Source: Rhizobiaceae bacterium
Lineage (GTDB): Bacteria; Pseudomonadota; Alphaproteobacteria; Rhizobiales; Rhizobiaceae
Assembly (NCBI GenBank): GCA_019635795.1
Contig: JAHBYV010000012.1
Location: 52,858 to 116,857, forward strand
DNA length: 64,000 bases
Reading direction: 5' to 3'
Positions within the stretch are counted from its first letter, which is position 1, and the number at the start of each line of letters is the position of its first letter. The translations under genes and the position numbers were made by a program. The notes beneath the pieces are model-generated. The model was not told the DNA's origin and did no database searches. It worked only from the letters and a program-made list of their open reading frames with translations. Positions 29,631-38,526 of this stretch are shown one piece after another.

Positions 29631-30143
29631 TCAGGCTTCGGCCGGAACTTCTCCGTCAGCTTTTGCGGGCACTGCTTCTTCGTCCTCAGTGTCCTCTTCG
29701 GGCTCAACAGAGATTGCGCCCGCGAGATTTGCTTCAATCTTCGCAAGATATTTGGCGAGCGCCTTCTGATCTTTCTTGTCCAGCCCGCGCAATGCCTGCT
29801 TCTCTGTCTTTTTCACCGATTTTTCGATAGCCTTTATTGTTTCGCGCCCCGCATCCGTGAGGAAGATGTGGGTTTGCCTGGCGTCATCCGGCGAGGCCCG
29901 CTTTTCCAACACGCCCTGAGCCTGCAAGCGATTGATGGTTTTGGTGATTGTTGGCGGTCGCACGCCCAGCCGCGAAGCCAGCTCGCTTGGTGACTGCCCG
30001 TCCTGATGGCTCAGCGTAAGCATGATCTGGTCCTGCCCCGCATAATAGCCATGTCCATTTAACCTTGCTGCCAGCACGGTTCGCGACAATCTTGCAGCAG
30101 ATTGCAGCCGGTTCATCACAACGTTCTTGCGCGTCTTCACCAT
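29631..30143 (-). CDS. MarR family transcriptional regulator with acidic tail
   Basis: SELASRLGVRPPTITKTINRL...EKRASPDDARQTHIFLT; start ATG 30143. Confidence 0.9.
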   Translation of the reverse strand: MVKTRKNVVMNRLQSAARLSRTVLAARLNGHGYYAGQDQIMLTLSHQDGQSPSELASRLGVRPPTITKTINRLQAQGVLEKRASPDDARQTHIFLTDAGRETIKAIEKSVKKTEKQALRGLDKKDQKALAKYLAKIEANLAGAISVEPEEDTEDEEAVPAKADGEVPAEA

Positions 30144-30298
30144 TTGAAGCCTCAATGAATTGAATAGCCGGCTGTCGGTACGACAATCATATTTCAAGAA
30201 TGTGACAACCCACAATTTTGCAAAGGGATTGGCTGCGTCCTTCCAAATTCGCCGTGAGAGCCTTATATGAGGCCGACCCCGACTTCAGGATATTCATC

Positions 30299-31393
30299 AT
30301 GAGCGAAGCGCAGCATCTTACACCCTCCCAGATTCCGGTAACAGTTTTAACTGGCTATCTGGGCTCCGGCAAAACGACGCTGCTGAACAGGATTCTGTCC
30401 GAGAGCCACGGCAAGCGCTATGCCGTGATTGTCAACGAGTTTGGCGAAATCGGCATCGACAATGATCTTATCGTGGAATCCGACGAGGAAATCTACGAAA
30501 TGAACAATGGCTGCGTGTGTTGCACTGTGCGCGGCGACCTCATTCGCACCGTCGAAGGATTGATGCGCCGCCCCGGTCGGTTCGACGCGATTCTCGTTGA
30601 AACCACCGGACTCGCAGACCCTGCCCCCGTCGCACAGACCTTCTTCATGGACGATGACGTTCGTTCCAAAACAAAGCTCGACGCGGTTGTTGCTCTGGTC
30701 GATGCCAAGCACCTCCCACTTCGCCTGAAGGATTCGCGCGAAGCCGAAGACCAGATCGCCTTCGCCGACGTGATTCTTCTGAACAAGACCGATCTCGTTT
30801 CGCGCGAAGAGCTACGCGACATCGAAGCGACATTGCGGGCAATCAACCCGGCCGCACAAATATATCGGACGGAACGCGCATCCATTGATCTGGACAAGGT
30901 GCTTGACCGGGGTGCCTTCGATCTGAAGCGGGCGCTGGAAAACGATCCGCATTTCCTCGAAGCTGCCGATCATGACCATGACCACGATCACGTATGTGGG
31001 CCGGATTGCGACCACGATCATCACCACCATCATGATCACCACCATCACGATCATGACCACCATCATCATCACCACGGTGAAGCGTCACCGATTCACGACG
31101 TAACCGTGCAGTCCGTTTCCCTGCGCGCTGGCGAGATGGACCCGAAAAAGTTCTTTCCATGGATTGAACGCATCACCCAGACAGAAGGTCCGAATGTTCT
31201 TCGCCTGAAGGGAATAATCGCGTTCAAGGACGATCCAGACCGTTATGTCATTCAGGGCGTCCATATGATCATGGAGGGCGACCATCAGCGCGCCTGGAAA
31301 GACACCGAGAAACGCGAAAGCCGCCTGGTGTTTATCGGGCGCAAATTGGACGCCGATGCGCTAAAGCGCGGTTTTGAAGCCTGTCTGTCATAA
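30299..31393 (+). CDS. COG0523/CobW-family metallochaperone GTPase with His-rich insert
   Basis: GYLGSGKTT, NEFGEIGID, GCVCC, ETTGLADP, CobW_C RLKG...QGVH; poly-His/Asp linker. Confidence 0.93.
   Translation: MSEAQHLTPSQIPVTVLTGYLGSGKTTLLNRILSESHGKRYAVIVNEFGEIGIDNDLIVESDEEIYEMNNGCVCCTVRGDLIRTVEGLMRRPGRFDAILVETTGLADPAPVAQTFFMDDDVRSKTKLDAVVALVDAKHLPLRLKDSREAEDQIAFADVILLNKTDLVSREELRDIEATLRAINPAAQIYRTERASIDLDKVLDRGAFDLKRALENDPHFLEAADHDHDHDHVCGPDCDHDHHHHHDHHHHDHDHHHHHHGEASPIHDVTVQSVSLRAGEMDPKKFFPWIERITQTEGPNVLRLKGIIAFKDDPDRYVIQGVHMIMEGDHQRAWKDTEKRESRLVFIGRKLDADALKRGFEACLS
30968..31076 (+). repeat. Low-complexity CAT/CAC/GAT triplet tract encoding the His-rich linker
   Basis: Encodes DHDHDHDHVCGPDCDHDHHHHHDHHHHDHDHHHHHH. 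Confidence 0.85.
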
Positions 31394-31408
31394 GCGACCT
31401 CATCAGTC

Positions 31409-32383
31409 ATGCCCACAGTCGCGCCTCTTGATCTTGCTGGTCACTGCGTTTCAGCAGAGTTCGTTGCAAATATTCCGTTCTTCTCGCTCGCCGAAGGCGA
31501 AGTCCATCGCCTCGACAACGGCCAGAAAAGCTCGACCGTGCATGACGGCCTTCTTGCCGCAACGGTAGCACTCGACGGGAAAAGCCTGATTACCTCCGGC
31601 GAGGATGGTCGCGTGTGCTCGGTCAGCGCCGCCGGTGAGGTCTCGCAAATTGCCTCGGTCGGCCGCAAATGGATCAACTGCGTTGCAGCCGGACCGCAGG
31701 GCGCGGTGGCATTTGGCTACGGACCGAATGCCGTCGTTCATTTTGCGGATGGCAAGCAGAAAACACTTCCGCATCAGCGCTCCGTCGAAGACGTCGCCTT
31801 TGCCCCGAAGGGAATGCGTCTTGCCGCTGCACATTACGGTGGAGCCACGCTGCACTTTCCCGCTTCCGAGGGGAAGCCAACCGAATTGCTCTGGCAAGGC
31901 GCACACACAAGGGTGACGTTCTCGCCAGACGGCAATTTTCTCGTCACGGCAATGCAGGAAAACGCCCTGCATGGCTGGCGCATAGCTGACGCGCGCCATA
32001 TGCGCATGAGCGGCTATCCGGCCAAGGTCAAATCAATTTCCTGGAGTGTGAAAGGCCGCTGGCTGGCAACCTCCGGTGCACCCGCCGCGATTGTATGGCC
32101 GTTCCAGAGCAAGGACGGCCCCATGGGCAAGGCCCCGCTTGAACTTGGAACGCGCGGTGATGTGCTTGTCACATGCGTTGCCTGTCACCCTGCCGACGAA
32201 ATTGCTGCCATTGGCTACAGCGATGGAATGGTCCTGGCCGTTCGCTTCGCGGATGCAAAGGAAGTGCTTTTGCGCCGTCCGGGCAAAGGTGCAATCAGCT
32301 CGATGGCATGGGATCAGGAAGGCCGCCGCCTGGCATTCGGCTCGGAAGCTGGAGACTGCGGCGTGATTGACATCACCGCCTAG
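31409..32383 (+). CDS. WD40-repeat protein
   Basis: Repeated units ending LITSGEDG, VAFAPKG, VTFSPDG, SWSVKG, ACHPAD and AWDQEG. Confidence 0.85.
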   Translation: MPTVAPLDLAGHCVSAEFVANIPFFSLAEGEVHRLDNGQKSSTVHDGLLAATVALDGKSLITSGEDGRVCSVSAAGEVSQIASVGRKWINCVAAGPQGAVAFGYGPNAVVHFADGKQKTLPHQRSVEDVAFAPKGMRLAAAHYGGATLHFPASEGKPTELLWQGAHTRVTFSPDGNFLVTAMQENALHGWRIADARHMRMSGYPAKVKSISWSVKGRWLATSGAPAAIVWPFQSKDGPMGKAPLELGTRGDVLVTCVACHPADEIAAIGYSDGMVLAVRFADAKEVLLRRPGKGAISSMAWDQEGRRLAFGSEAGDCGVIDITA

Positions 32384-32871
32384 TCCAGAAACTTGACGAA
32401 ATAGCGCACGGTCTTGACGCCGCCATGTATGGTTGCGCCGCCCACATCGCGGAACCCCAGCGCCGCATGAAATGCGTCTGATGCAGGGTTCGGCGGCTGC
32501 GCATTGACCTCGCAGGCGATAACACGATGGCCCGCTGCACGCGCAACCTCGAACAGCTCAAGATATAACCTTCGGGCATGTCCGCGCCCGCGCGCCCGCT
32601 CATCCGTGACAACCCGGTCAACATAAACAAAGCGCGGATAGCGCTGCTGAAACCAGACAAAGTTCGGGCTGTCATAATCCGCATTCTGGTCGAAAGTCAG
32701 AAGCAGGGCTTCGACGTCGCCAACTTTCCGTGCGAGAAACGCTTGTGCAAGCAGGTGGTCGAGCCTTGCCTCATCAAGAAAAGACAATTCGGCAGCGTGC
32801 AGATTGTTGAGGGTCAGGACCTTGTCCCGGTCCTCCGCGGAAATTGGAAGAAGCTCAGATACTGTCAGCAT
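32380..32871 (-). CDS. GNAT family acetyltransferase
   Basis: YVDRVVTDERARGRGHARRLY acetyl-CoA motif A; FHAALGF. Confidence 0.88.
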   Translation of the reverse strand: MLTVSELLPISAEDRDKVLTLNNLHAAELSFLDEARLDHLLAQAFLARKVGDVEALLLTFDQNADYDSPNFVWFQQRYPRFVYVDRVVTDERARGRGHARRLYLELFEVARAAGHRVIACEVNAQPPNPASDAFHAALGFRDVGGATIHGGVKTVRYFVKFLD

Positions 32872-32983
32872 TCAGCCAATCTAGCGCCAAACGCCACGCG
32901 GTTCCAGACGTTGTGCCAATAGCTTGTCAAGATTGACCTTCGCGAGGCAGACAATACAAACAGCCATGCCAAGGAGGGTTGGA

Positions 32984-34333
32984 ATGAACGCCGCGCCCGC
33001 TGCAATCGCAGAAATGCACCGCACTGAATCGAATGCCTATGTGGCTGCGCGCCCGAAATCCTTGGCTGCGCTGGAAAACGGTATCGCCCATTTTCTGGAC
33101 GGCGTCCCCATGCATTGGATGCGCGACTGGCCCATGCCTTTCCCCTTCGTCGTGCAATCCGCGAAAGGCGCGACCATTACCGATATTGATGGCAACACGC
33201 TGGATGATTTTTGCCTCGGCGATACAGGTTCCATGTTCGGCCACTCCCCCGCCCCTGTCGCGCAGGCAATCCGTTCTCAGGCAGCACGTGGCTTGACCTA
33301 TATGCTGCCCAGTGAAGATGCGCTTGAACTTGGTCGGATGCTCTCAAATATGTTCGGCCTCCCAGAATGGCAGATTGCCACCACAGCCACCGACGCCAAC
33401 CGTTTCGCACTGCGCGTGGCGCGTGCCATCACAGGCCGTGAAAAGATACTCGTTTTCAACGGCTGCTATCACGGCGCTGTTGACGAAACGATGGTGCGCA
33501 TTCGCAATGGCAAGCCGGTCAATCGTCCGGGCCTTGCCGGCGAGTTTCGCGATCTGACTCAGCGCACCCGCATCGTGGAATTCAATGATCTTGAGGCTCT
33601 GGACGCTGCGCTCGCTCATGGAGACGTCGCCTGTGTAATCACAGAACCCGTGCTGACAAATTCCTGCATGGTTTTGCCAGCGCCCGGTTTCCATGACGGA
33701 TTACGGAGCATAACGCGCAAATATGGCTCGCTGCTCCTGATCGATGAAACACACACTATCTCGACGGGTCTTGGGGGCTACACGCGCGTACATGGCTTGC
33801 AGCCGGACCTGTTCGTGCTGGGCAAGCCGGTTGCTGGCGGTGTGCCAGCCAGCGTGTGGGGAATGACCGAAGAAGTTGCCGCGCGCTGGAAGAAAAACTG
33901 CATGGAACGGGAAGCCGGATATTCCGGCATGGGAACCACGCTATCGGCCAATCCGCTGCAATTCGCGGCGATGCGCGCCACGCTTTCGCAAGTCATGACA
34001 GCAGAAAATTATGCCCGCATGGAGCGCGGTGCTGAACGCCTCCAGAAGGGGTTGGCGCGGGCCATCGACCGTTTGGGACTTGCATGGCATGTGGTGCGGG
34101 TTGGTGCCCGCGTCGAATTTATCTGCGCCCCCGGCCCCTTGCGCAATGGCGCTGAAGCCGAGTTGGCCCATTCGCCCGACCTTGAAGCCGCCATTCAGCT
34201 TGCTCTGGTCAATCGCGGCACATTGATTGCACCGTTTCACAACATGATGCTGGTTTCCCCCGCCACGACCGGTCGCCAGATCGACCGCCTTATTGCCAAT
34301 TTCGCCGATATTGCGCGACGTCTTGTGTCGTGA
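32984..34333 (+). CDS. Class III PLP aminotransferase (GSA aminomutase-like)
   Basis: DFCLGDTG, FNGCYHG, LLIDETH and PLP lysine GKPVAGG; AGGAGG RBS before ATG 32984. Confidence 0.88.
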   Translation: MNAAPAAIAEMHRTESNAYVAARPKSLAALENGIAHFLDGVPMHWMRDWPMPFPFVVQSAKGATITDIDGNTLDDFCLGDTGSMFGHSPAPVAQAIRSQAARGLTYMLPSEDALELGRMLSNMFGLPEWQIATTATDANRFALRVARAITGREKILVFNGCYHGAVDETMVRIRNGKPVNRPGLAGEFRDLTQRTRIVEFNDLEALDAALAHGDVACVITEPVLTNSCMVLPAPGFHDGLRSITRKYGSLLLIDETHTISTGLGGYTRVHGLQPDLFVLGKPVAGGVPASVWGMTEEVAARWKKNCMEREAGYSGMGTTLSANPLQFAAMRATLSQVMTAENYARMERGAERLQKGLARAIDRLGLAWHVVRVGARVEFICAPGPLRNGAEAELAHSPDLEAAIQLALVNRGTLIAPFHNMMLVSPATTGRQIDRLIANFADIARRLVS

Positions 34334-34367
34334 GAAAAGCCAGACAGTTCAATCCGGTAGAAACACC

Positions 34368-35756
34368 ATGACCTCGCCATCCGGCTCGACCTTCGACGAA
34401 GCCAAGCAGTTTCTCGCGCTCAATCCCGAAATTGAAGCGTTTGATATTGTGCTTGTAGACTGCAACGGGATTGGCAGGGGCAAGATCGTCCGCCGTCATG
34501 AGCTTGAATCCGTTTATAAAAACGGTCGCCCTATGCCCACGTCTATTCTGGGCCTCGATATCTGCGGCGAGGATGTGCATGAAACCGGCCTGACGTGGGA
34601 TACCGGCGACGGCGATATGCGCGCATGGCCCGTTCCCGGAACGCTGGTGCCGCTTCCCGGCACAAATCCACCGCGCGGTCAGTTGCTCATGAGCATGTAC
34701 CATCTCGATGGGCAGCCGATGCTGAGCGACCCCCGCCACGCGCTGGCCCGCCAGATTGCAAATATGCGAAACCGTGGCCTTGTGCCTGCCGGAGCCTTCG
34801 AACTGGAATTCTTCCTGCTGTCAAACAAGCGGGATGCAGACGGGCGCGTTCGTCCAGCCGAGGCCGTGCTGGATGGCCGCGCCAGCGGCAAGACTGAAGT
34901 GTATTCCGTCGATCATCTGCATGGCATGGAACCGCTTTTCTCAGACATCTATGCAGGCGCGAAGGCGCAAGGATTGCCTGCCGAAACCGTTATCTCGGAA
35001 TACGCACCCGGGCAGTACGAACTGACCTTGAACTACCGCACCGATCTCATGCGTGCAGCGGACGATTTGACCATGCTCAAGCGCCTTGTGCGAATGCAGG
35101 CGCGCAGGCACGGCGTTACGGCCTGTTTTATGGCCAAGCCGTTCGAGAACTACGCCGGTTCTGGAATGCACCTTCACGTCTCCATGCCTGACTTGAGCGG
35201 CAGGAACATCTTTTCGGAAAGCACGCCCGCCAGCTATGAGCCCAGGCTCCTTCATGCAATGGGGGGGCTATTGGCAACCATGCCGGAATCCATGCTGGTA
35301 TTTGCGCCGCACGCAAATTCATGGCGCCGCTTCGTGTCGCAATCCTATGCGCCGATGGCTCCCACATGGGGCGTCAACAACCGGTCGGTCGCGTTGCGCG
35401 TGCCGGAGGGGGATGTTCGTGCGCGCCGCATTGAGCACAGGCCTGCCGGTGTAGACACAAATCCGCATATGGTTGCGGCAACGGTTCTGGCTGGCATCGC
35501 CAAGGGCTTCGATGAACAGATCGACCCCGGCCATGAAGTCACCGGTAATGGCTATGAAAATGCGGCCACCGGGCAAGGCAGCATTCCCCCCGATTGGCGC
35601 GCCGCAATTGATGCCGCAAAGGCATCAGACTTCCTCAAGGGGGCGCTTGGCGAGGAGTTGCATCGCACCTTCACAGAAATCAAGCATGCTGAATATCTAA
35701 GGGTCGCACGCACTGTCAGCGAGCTGGATTACCATTTGTATTTGCACGAAGTTTGA
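34368..35756 (+). CDS. Glutamine synthetase-family protein (gamma-glutamylpolyamine synthetase-like)
   Basis: ELEFFL, SEYAPGQYE, FMAKP...GSGMHLH, WGVNNRS, RIEHR...DTNP. Confidence 0.9.
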   Translation: MTSPSGSTFDEAKQFLALNPEIEAFDIVLVDCNGIGRGKIVRRHELESVYKNGRPMPTSILGLDICGEDVHETGLTWDTGDGDMRAWPVPGTLVPLPGTNPPRGQLLMSMYHLDGQPMLSDPRHALARQIANMRNRGLVPAGAFELEFFLLSNKRDADGRVRPAEAVLDGRASGKTEVYSVDHLHGMEPLFSDIYAGAKAQGLPAETVISEYAPGQYELTLNYRTDLMRAADDLTMLKRLVRMQARRHGVTACFMAKPFENYAGSGMHLHVSMPDLSGRNIFSESTPASYEPRLLHAMGGLLATMPESMLVFAPHANSWRRFVSQSYAPMAPTWGVNNRSVALRVPEGDVRARRIEHRPAGVDTNPHMVAATVLAGIAKGFDEQIDPGHEVTGNGYENAATGQGSIPPDWRAAIDAAKASDFLKGALGEELHRTFTEIKHAEYLRVARTVSELDYHLYLHEV

Positions 35757-35796
35757 GCTTGAAAATTCTCAAATGATATAGCGATAGAGCGAAATC

Positions 35797-35811
35797 GAAC
35801 ATATCATGAAC
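35797..35811 (+). promoter_or_regulatory. Alphaproteobacterial LexA (SOS) box
   Basis: Exact GAAC-N7-GAAC (GAAC-ATATCAT-GAAC) ending 2 nt before the radical SAM ATG. Confidence 0.85.
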
Positions 35812-35813
35812 GA

Positions 35814-37049
35814 ATGGCTATTCTTTCGATTCGTGACAAGCTGGCAATTTTGTCGGATGCGGCCAAGTATGACGCCTCATGCGCATCTTCTGGCGCTGAG
35901 AAAAGGGATTCACGAAAGACCGGTGGCATTGGCTCGACCGAAGGCATGGGGATTTGTCATTCCTATGCGCCCGATGGGCGTTGCATTTCGCTGCTCAAGG
36001 TTCTGCTGACAAATTTCTGCATTTACGATTGCAGCTATTGCATCAACCGATCCTCCTCGAATGTAAAGCGCGCCCGTTTTTCGGTTGATGAAATCGTCTC
36101 CCTCACGATGTCATTCTACAAGCGCAATTACATTGAGGGCCTGTTCCTGTCCTCCGGCGTGATACGCGCGCCCGATGAAACGATGGCGGAAATGGTGGAG
36201 GTCGCGCGCCGTCTGCGCGTTGACGAAAAGTTTGGCGGTTACATCCATCTCAAGACAATTCCCGAATGCTCGCAGGATTTGATCGATCAGGCGGGACTTT
36301 ATGCCGACCGATTGTCCATCAATGTTGAACTGCCAACCGATGATAGCGTTCAACGTCTGGCGCCGCAAAAGCGACCTGAAACCATCCGCCAGTCAATGGC
36401 AAAATTGCGCCTCCGTATGGAGGAAAAGTCGGAGCCGACCATACAGACAAAGCGCAAGCAGCGCTTTGCGCCCGGTGGTCAATCGACCCAGATGATTATC
36501 GGTGCAGACACAGCAACCGATGATACGATATTGCGAACAAGCGCCCGCCTTTATGGAAGCTATCAGCTTCGCCGCGTTTATTATTCTGCTTTCAGTCCCA
36601 TACCGGATTCGTCTGCCGCCCTGCCGCTCATTAAACCGCCACTCATGCGCGAACACAGGCTGTATCAGGCAGATTGGCTGATGCGGTTCTATGGTTTTGA
36701 GCAAAAGGAAATTTTGCAGGCCTCGCCCAACGGAATGCTCGATCTTTCCCTTGATCCGAAACTTGCCTGGGCTCTCGCCAATCGCTCAACCTTTCCCGTC
36801 AACGTCAACACCGCGTCAAGGGAGATATTGCTGCGCGTGCCGGGGCTGGGCACCAAAGCCGTGTCCCGCATCCTGCAAACACGCAGACATCAAACCCTGC
36901 GCCTCGATGATGTTGCCCGCCTGTGTGGCTCAATCGCAAAGGTGCGACCGTTCATTGTTACTGCGGATTGGTCGCCGGGAGGCACCCTCGATTCTGAGCG
37001 GCTGCGCGAAAAACTGACGCCTGCACCTAAGCAATTATGGTTGTTCTAG
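35814..37049 (+). CDS. Putative DNA modification/repair radical SAM protein (TIGR03916-like) with C-terminal HhH
   Basis: CxxxCxxC (CIYDCSYC), YDASCASS, GQSTQMIIG, RRVYYSAF, REHRLYQADWL and HhH LLRVPGLG. Confidence 0.93.
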   Translation: MAILSIRDKLAILSDAAKYDASCASSGAEKRDSRKTGGIGSTEGMGICHSYAPDGRCISLLKVLLTNFCIYDCSYCINRSSSNVKRARFSVDEIVSLTMSFYKRNYIEGLFLSSGVIRAPDETMAEMVEVARRLRVDEKFGGYIHLKTIPECSQDLIDQAGLYADRLSINVELPTDDSVQRLAPQKRPETIRQSMAKLRLRMEEKSEPTIQTKRKQRFAPGGQSTQMIIGADTATDDTILRTSARLYGSYQLRRVYYSAFSPIPDSSAALPLIKPPLMREHRLYQADWLMRFYGFEQKEILQASPNGMLDLSLDPKLAWALANRSTFPVNVNTASREILLRVPGLGTKAVSRILQTRRHQTLRLDDVARLCGSIAKVRPFIVTADWSPGGTLDSERLREKLTPAPKQLWLF

Positions 37050-37053
37050 CTTC

Positions 37054-38526
37054 ATGTCCCTGCAACCGGCACTTTTTCTTTCGGCTCACAGGGTCCGCCT
37101 ATCGGGACCGGTAGATTTCGACGGCTGGCGTCGTGCCGCCCGCAATCTCACCTTGTCAGGCGTCGATCCGGCCGATGTCGATTGGGTATTAGGCGAGGCT
37201 AACCCGCCAGATCCTGCACCCGAACCAACTGGCGAATTGCGCGTCCCGCGGGAATTCATTGAACTATCGCAAACTGTTATTTGCCATAGCGACCCCGAAC
37301 GCTTTGCCTTGCTCCATCGTGTTTTGACACGACTTCAGAAAAAGCCTGAACTGCTTCGCATCGCTTCGGACAAGGATGTTGTCCGCTTGCGCGAGATGGA
37401 AAAGAGTGTGCGGCGTGACATTCACAAAATGCGCGCATTCGTGCGGTTTCGCGCGGTTGGCGACTATTTCGTGGCATGGTTTGAACCGGCTCATTTCATC
37501 GTCGAGCGCAACACGAACTTCTTTGTCCGGCGCTTTTCGGGTATGAACTGGACCATCCTGACGCCATACAGGTCGGCCACATGGGACGGAAAGGAGTTGA
37601 CCTTCGGTCCGGGCGCTTGCGCCGACGACGTTCCGGCAGAGGATGCAGCCGAGGATTTGTGGCTGACCTATTACAAGAACATTTTCAATCCGGCGCGGTT
37701 GAAGGTGAAAGCCATGCAGGCAGAAATGCCAAAGAAATATTGGCGGAACCTTCCGGAGGCCGCGCTCATTCCTGATCTGATAGCTGGCGCTGAGGACGCC
37801 GCAAGAGAAATGCTAAGGAACATGCCAACCCTTCCCGCTCCCCACCACAAGACTGTGCAGGCGCGGCACTGGACCAAGCCTGAAGGCGGCCCCATCAACA
37901 CGGAAGAGGCCGCATCGCTCGCCGATTTGCGAGAATTGGCTGCAACCTGCCGCCGCTGTCCTTTGTGGCAAGACGCTACACAAACGGTATTCGGTGAGGG
38001 GCTGCCAAACGCGACCGTCATGTTCGTAGGCGAGCAACCGGGCGACCAGGAGGATATTGCAGGCAAACCCTTTGTCGGCCCTGCCGGAAGGGTTTTCGAC
38101 GAAACCATTCAGGAAGCGGGGATAGATCGCAGCCTGACTTACGTCACCAATGCGGTGAAGCACTTCAAATTCGAACCACGAGGCAAGCGGCGCATTCACC
38201 AGAAGCCGAATGCCGGCGAAGTAACCGCCTGTCGCTGGTGGCTCGACCATGAATTGTCATTCGTTAAACCGCAGCTTGCCGTTGCCCTGGGCGCGACCGC
38301 AGCGCTGTCACTGCTTGGGCAATCGGTCGCAATTACCAAAGTGCGGGGCCAGGTAGTTCAACGCGAGGATGGCTTGAGAGTTTTCCTCACCATCCACCCG
38401 TCCTTTATCCTTCGTATTCCAGACCCCGCCAACCAACAGGCCGAGCGCAGCCGCTTTCTGGATGATATGCGAAAGGTAAAGGAGCTGATTGCCGCTATCG
38501 GATCAGGATCGCGCGCAGATCGTTGA
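37054..38526 (+). CDS. udgX: DUF4130 (TIGR03915-like) domain fused to a UdgX-family uracil-DNA-binding protein
   Basis: N-half: HKMRAFVRF, FFVRRF..M.W.I.TP, YYKNIFNPARLK. C-half: CRRCPL, GEQPG, NAVKHFK and the KRRIH UdgX R-loop. Confidence 0.88.
   Translation: MSLQPALFLSAHRVRLSGPVDFDGWRRAARNLTLSGVDPADVDWVLGEANPPDPAPEPTGELRVPREFIELSQTVICHSDPERFALLHRVLTRLQKKPELLRIASDKDVVRLREMEKSVRRDIHKMRAFVRFRAVGDYFVAWFEPAHFIVERNTNFFVRRFSGMNWTILTPYRSATWDGKELTFGPGACADDVPAEDAAEDLWLTYYKNIFNPARLKVKAMQAEMPKKYWRNLPEAALIPDLIAGAEDAAREMLRNMPTLPAPHHKTVQARHWTKPEGGPINTEEAASLADLRELAATCRRCPLWQDATQTVFGEGLPNATVMFVGEQPGDQEDIAGKPFVGPAGRVFDETIQEAGIDRSLTYVTNAVKHFKFEPRGKRRIHQKPNAGEVTACRWWLDHELSFVKPQLAVALGATAALSLLGQSVAITKVRGQVVQREDGLRVFLTIHPSFILRIPDPANQQAERSRFLDDMRKVKELIAAIGSGSRADR

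Noticed and set aside
30144-30298. Zur box upstream of the COG0523 gene
   Set aside because: No recognisable TGTTATNNNATAACA-like palindrome.
30968-31076. Repeat tract as a CRISPR or VNTR element
   Set aside because: It is an in-frame His/Asp-coding low-complexity region with no repeat-spacer structure and no cas genes.
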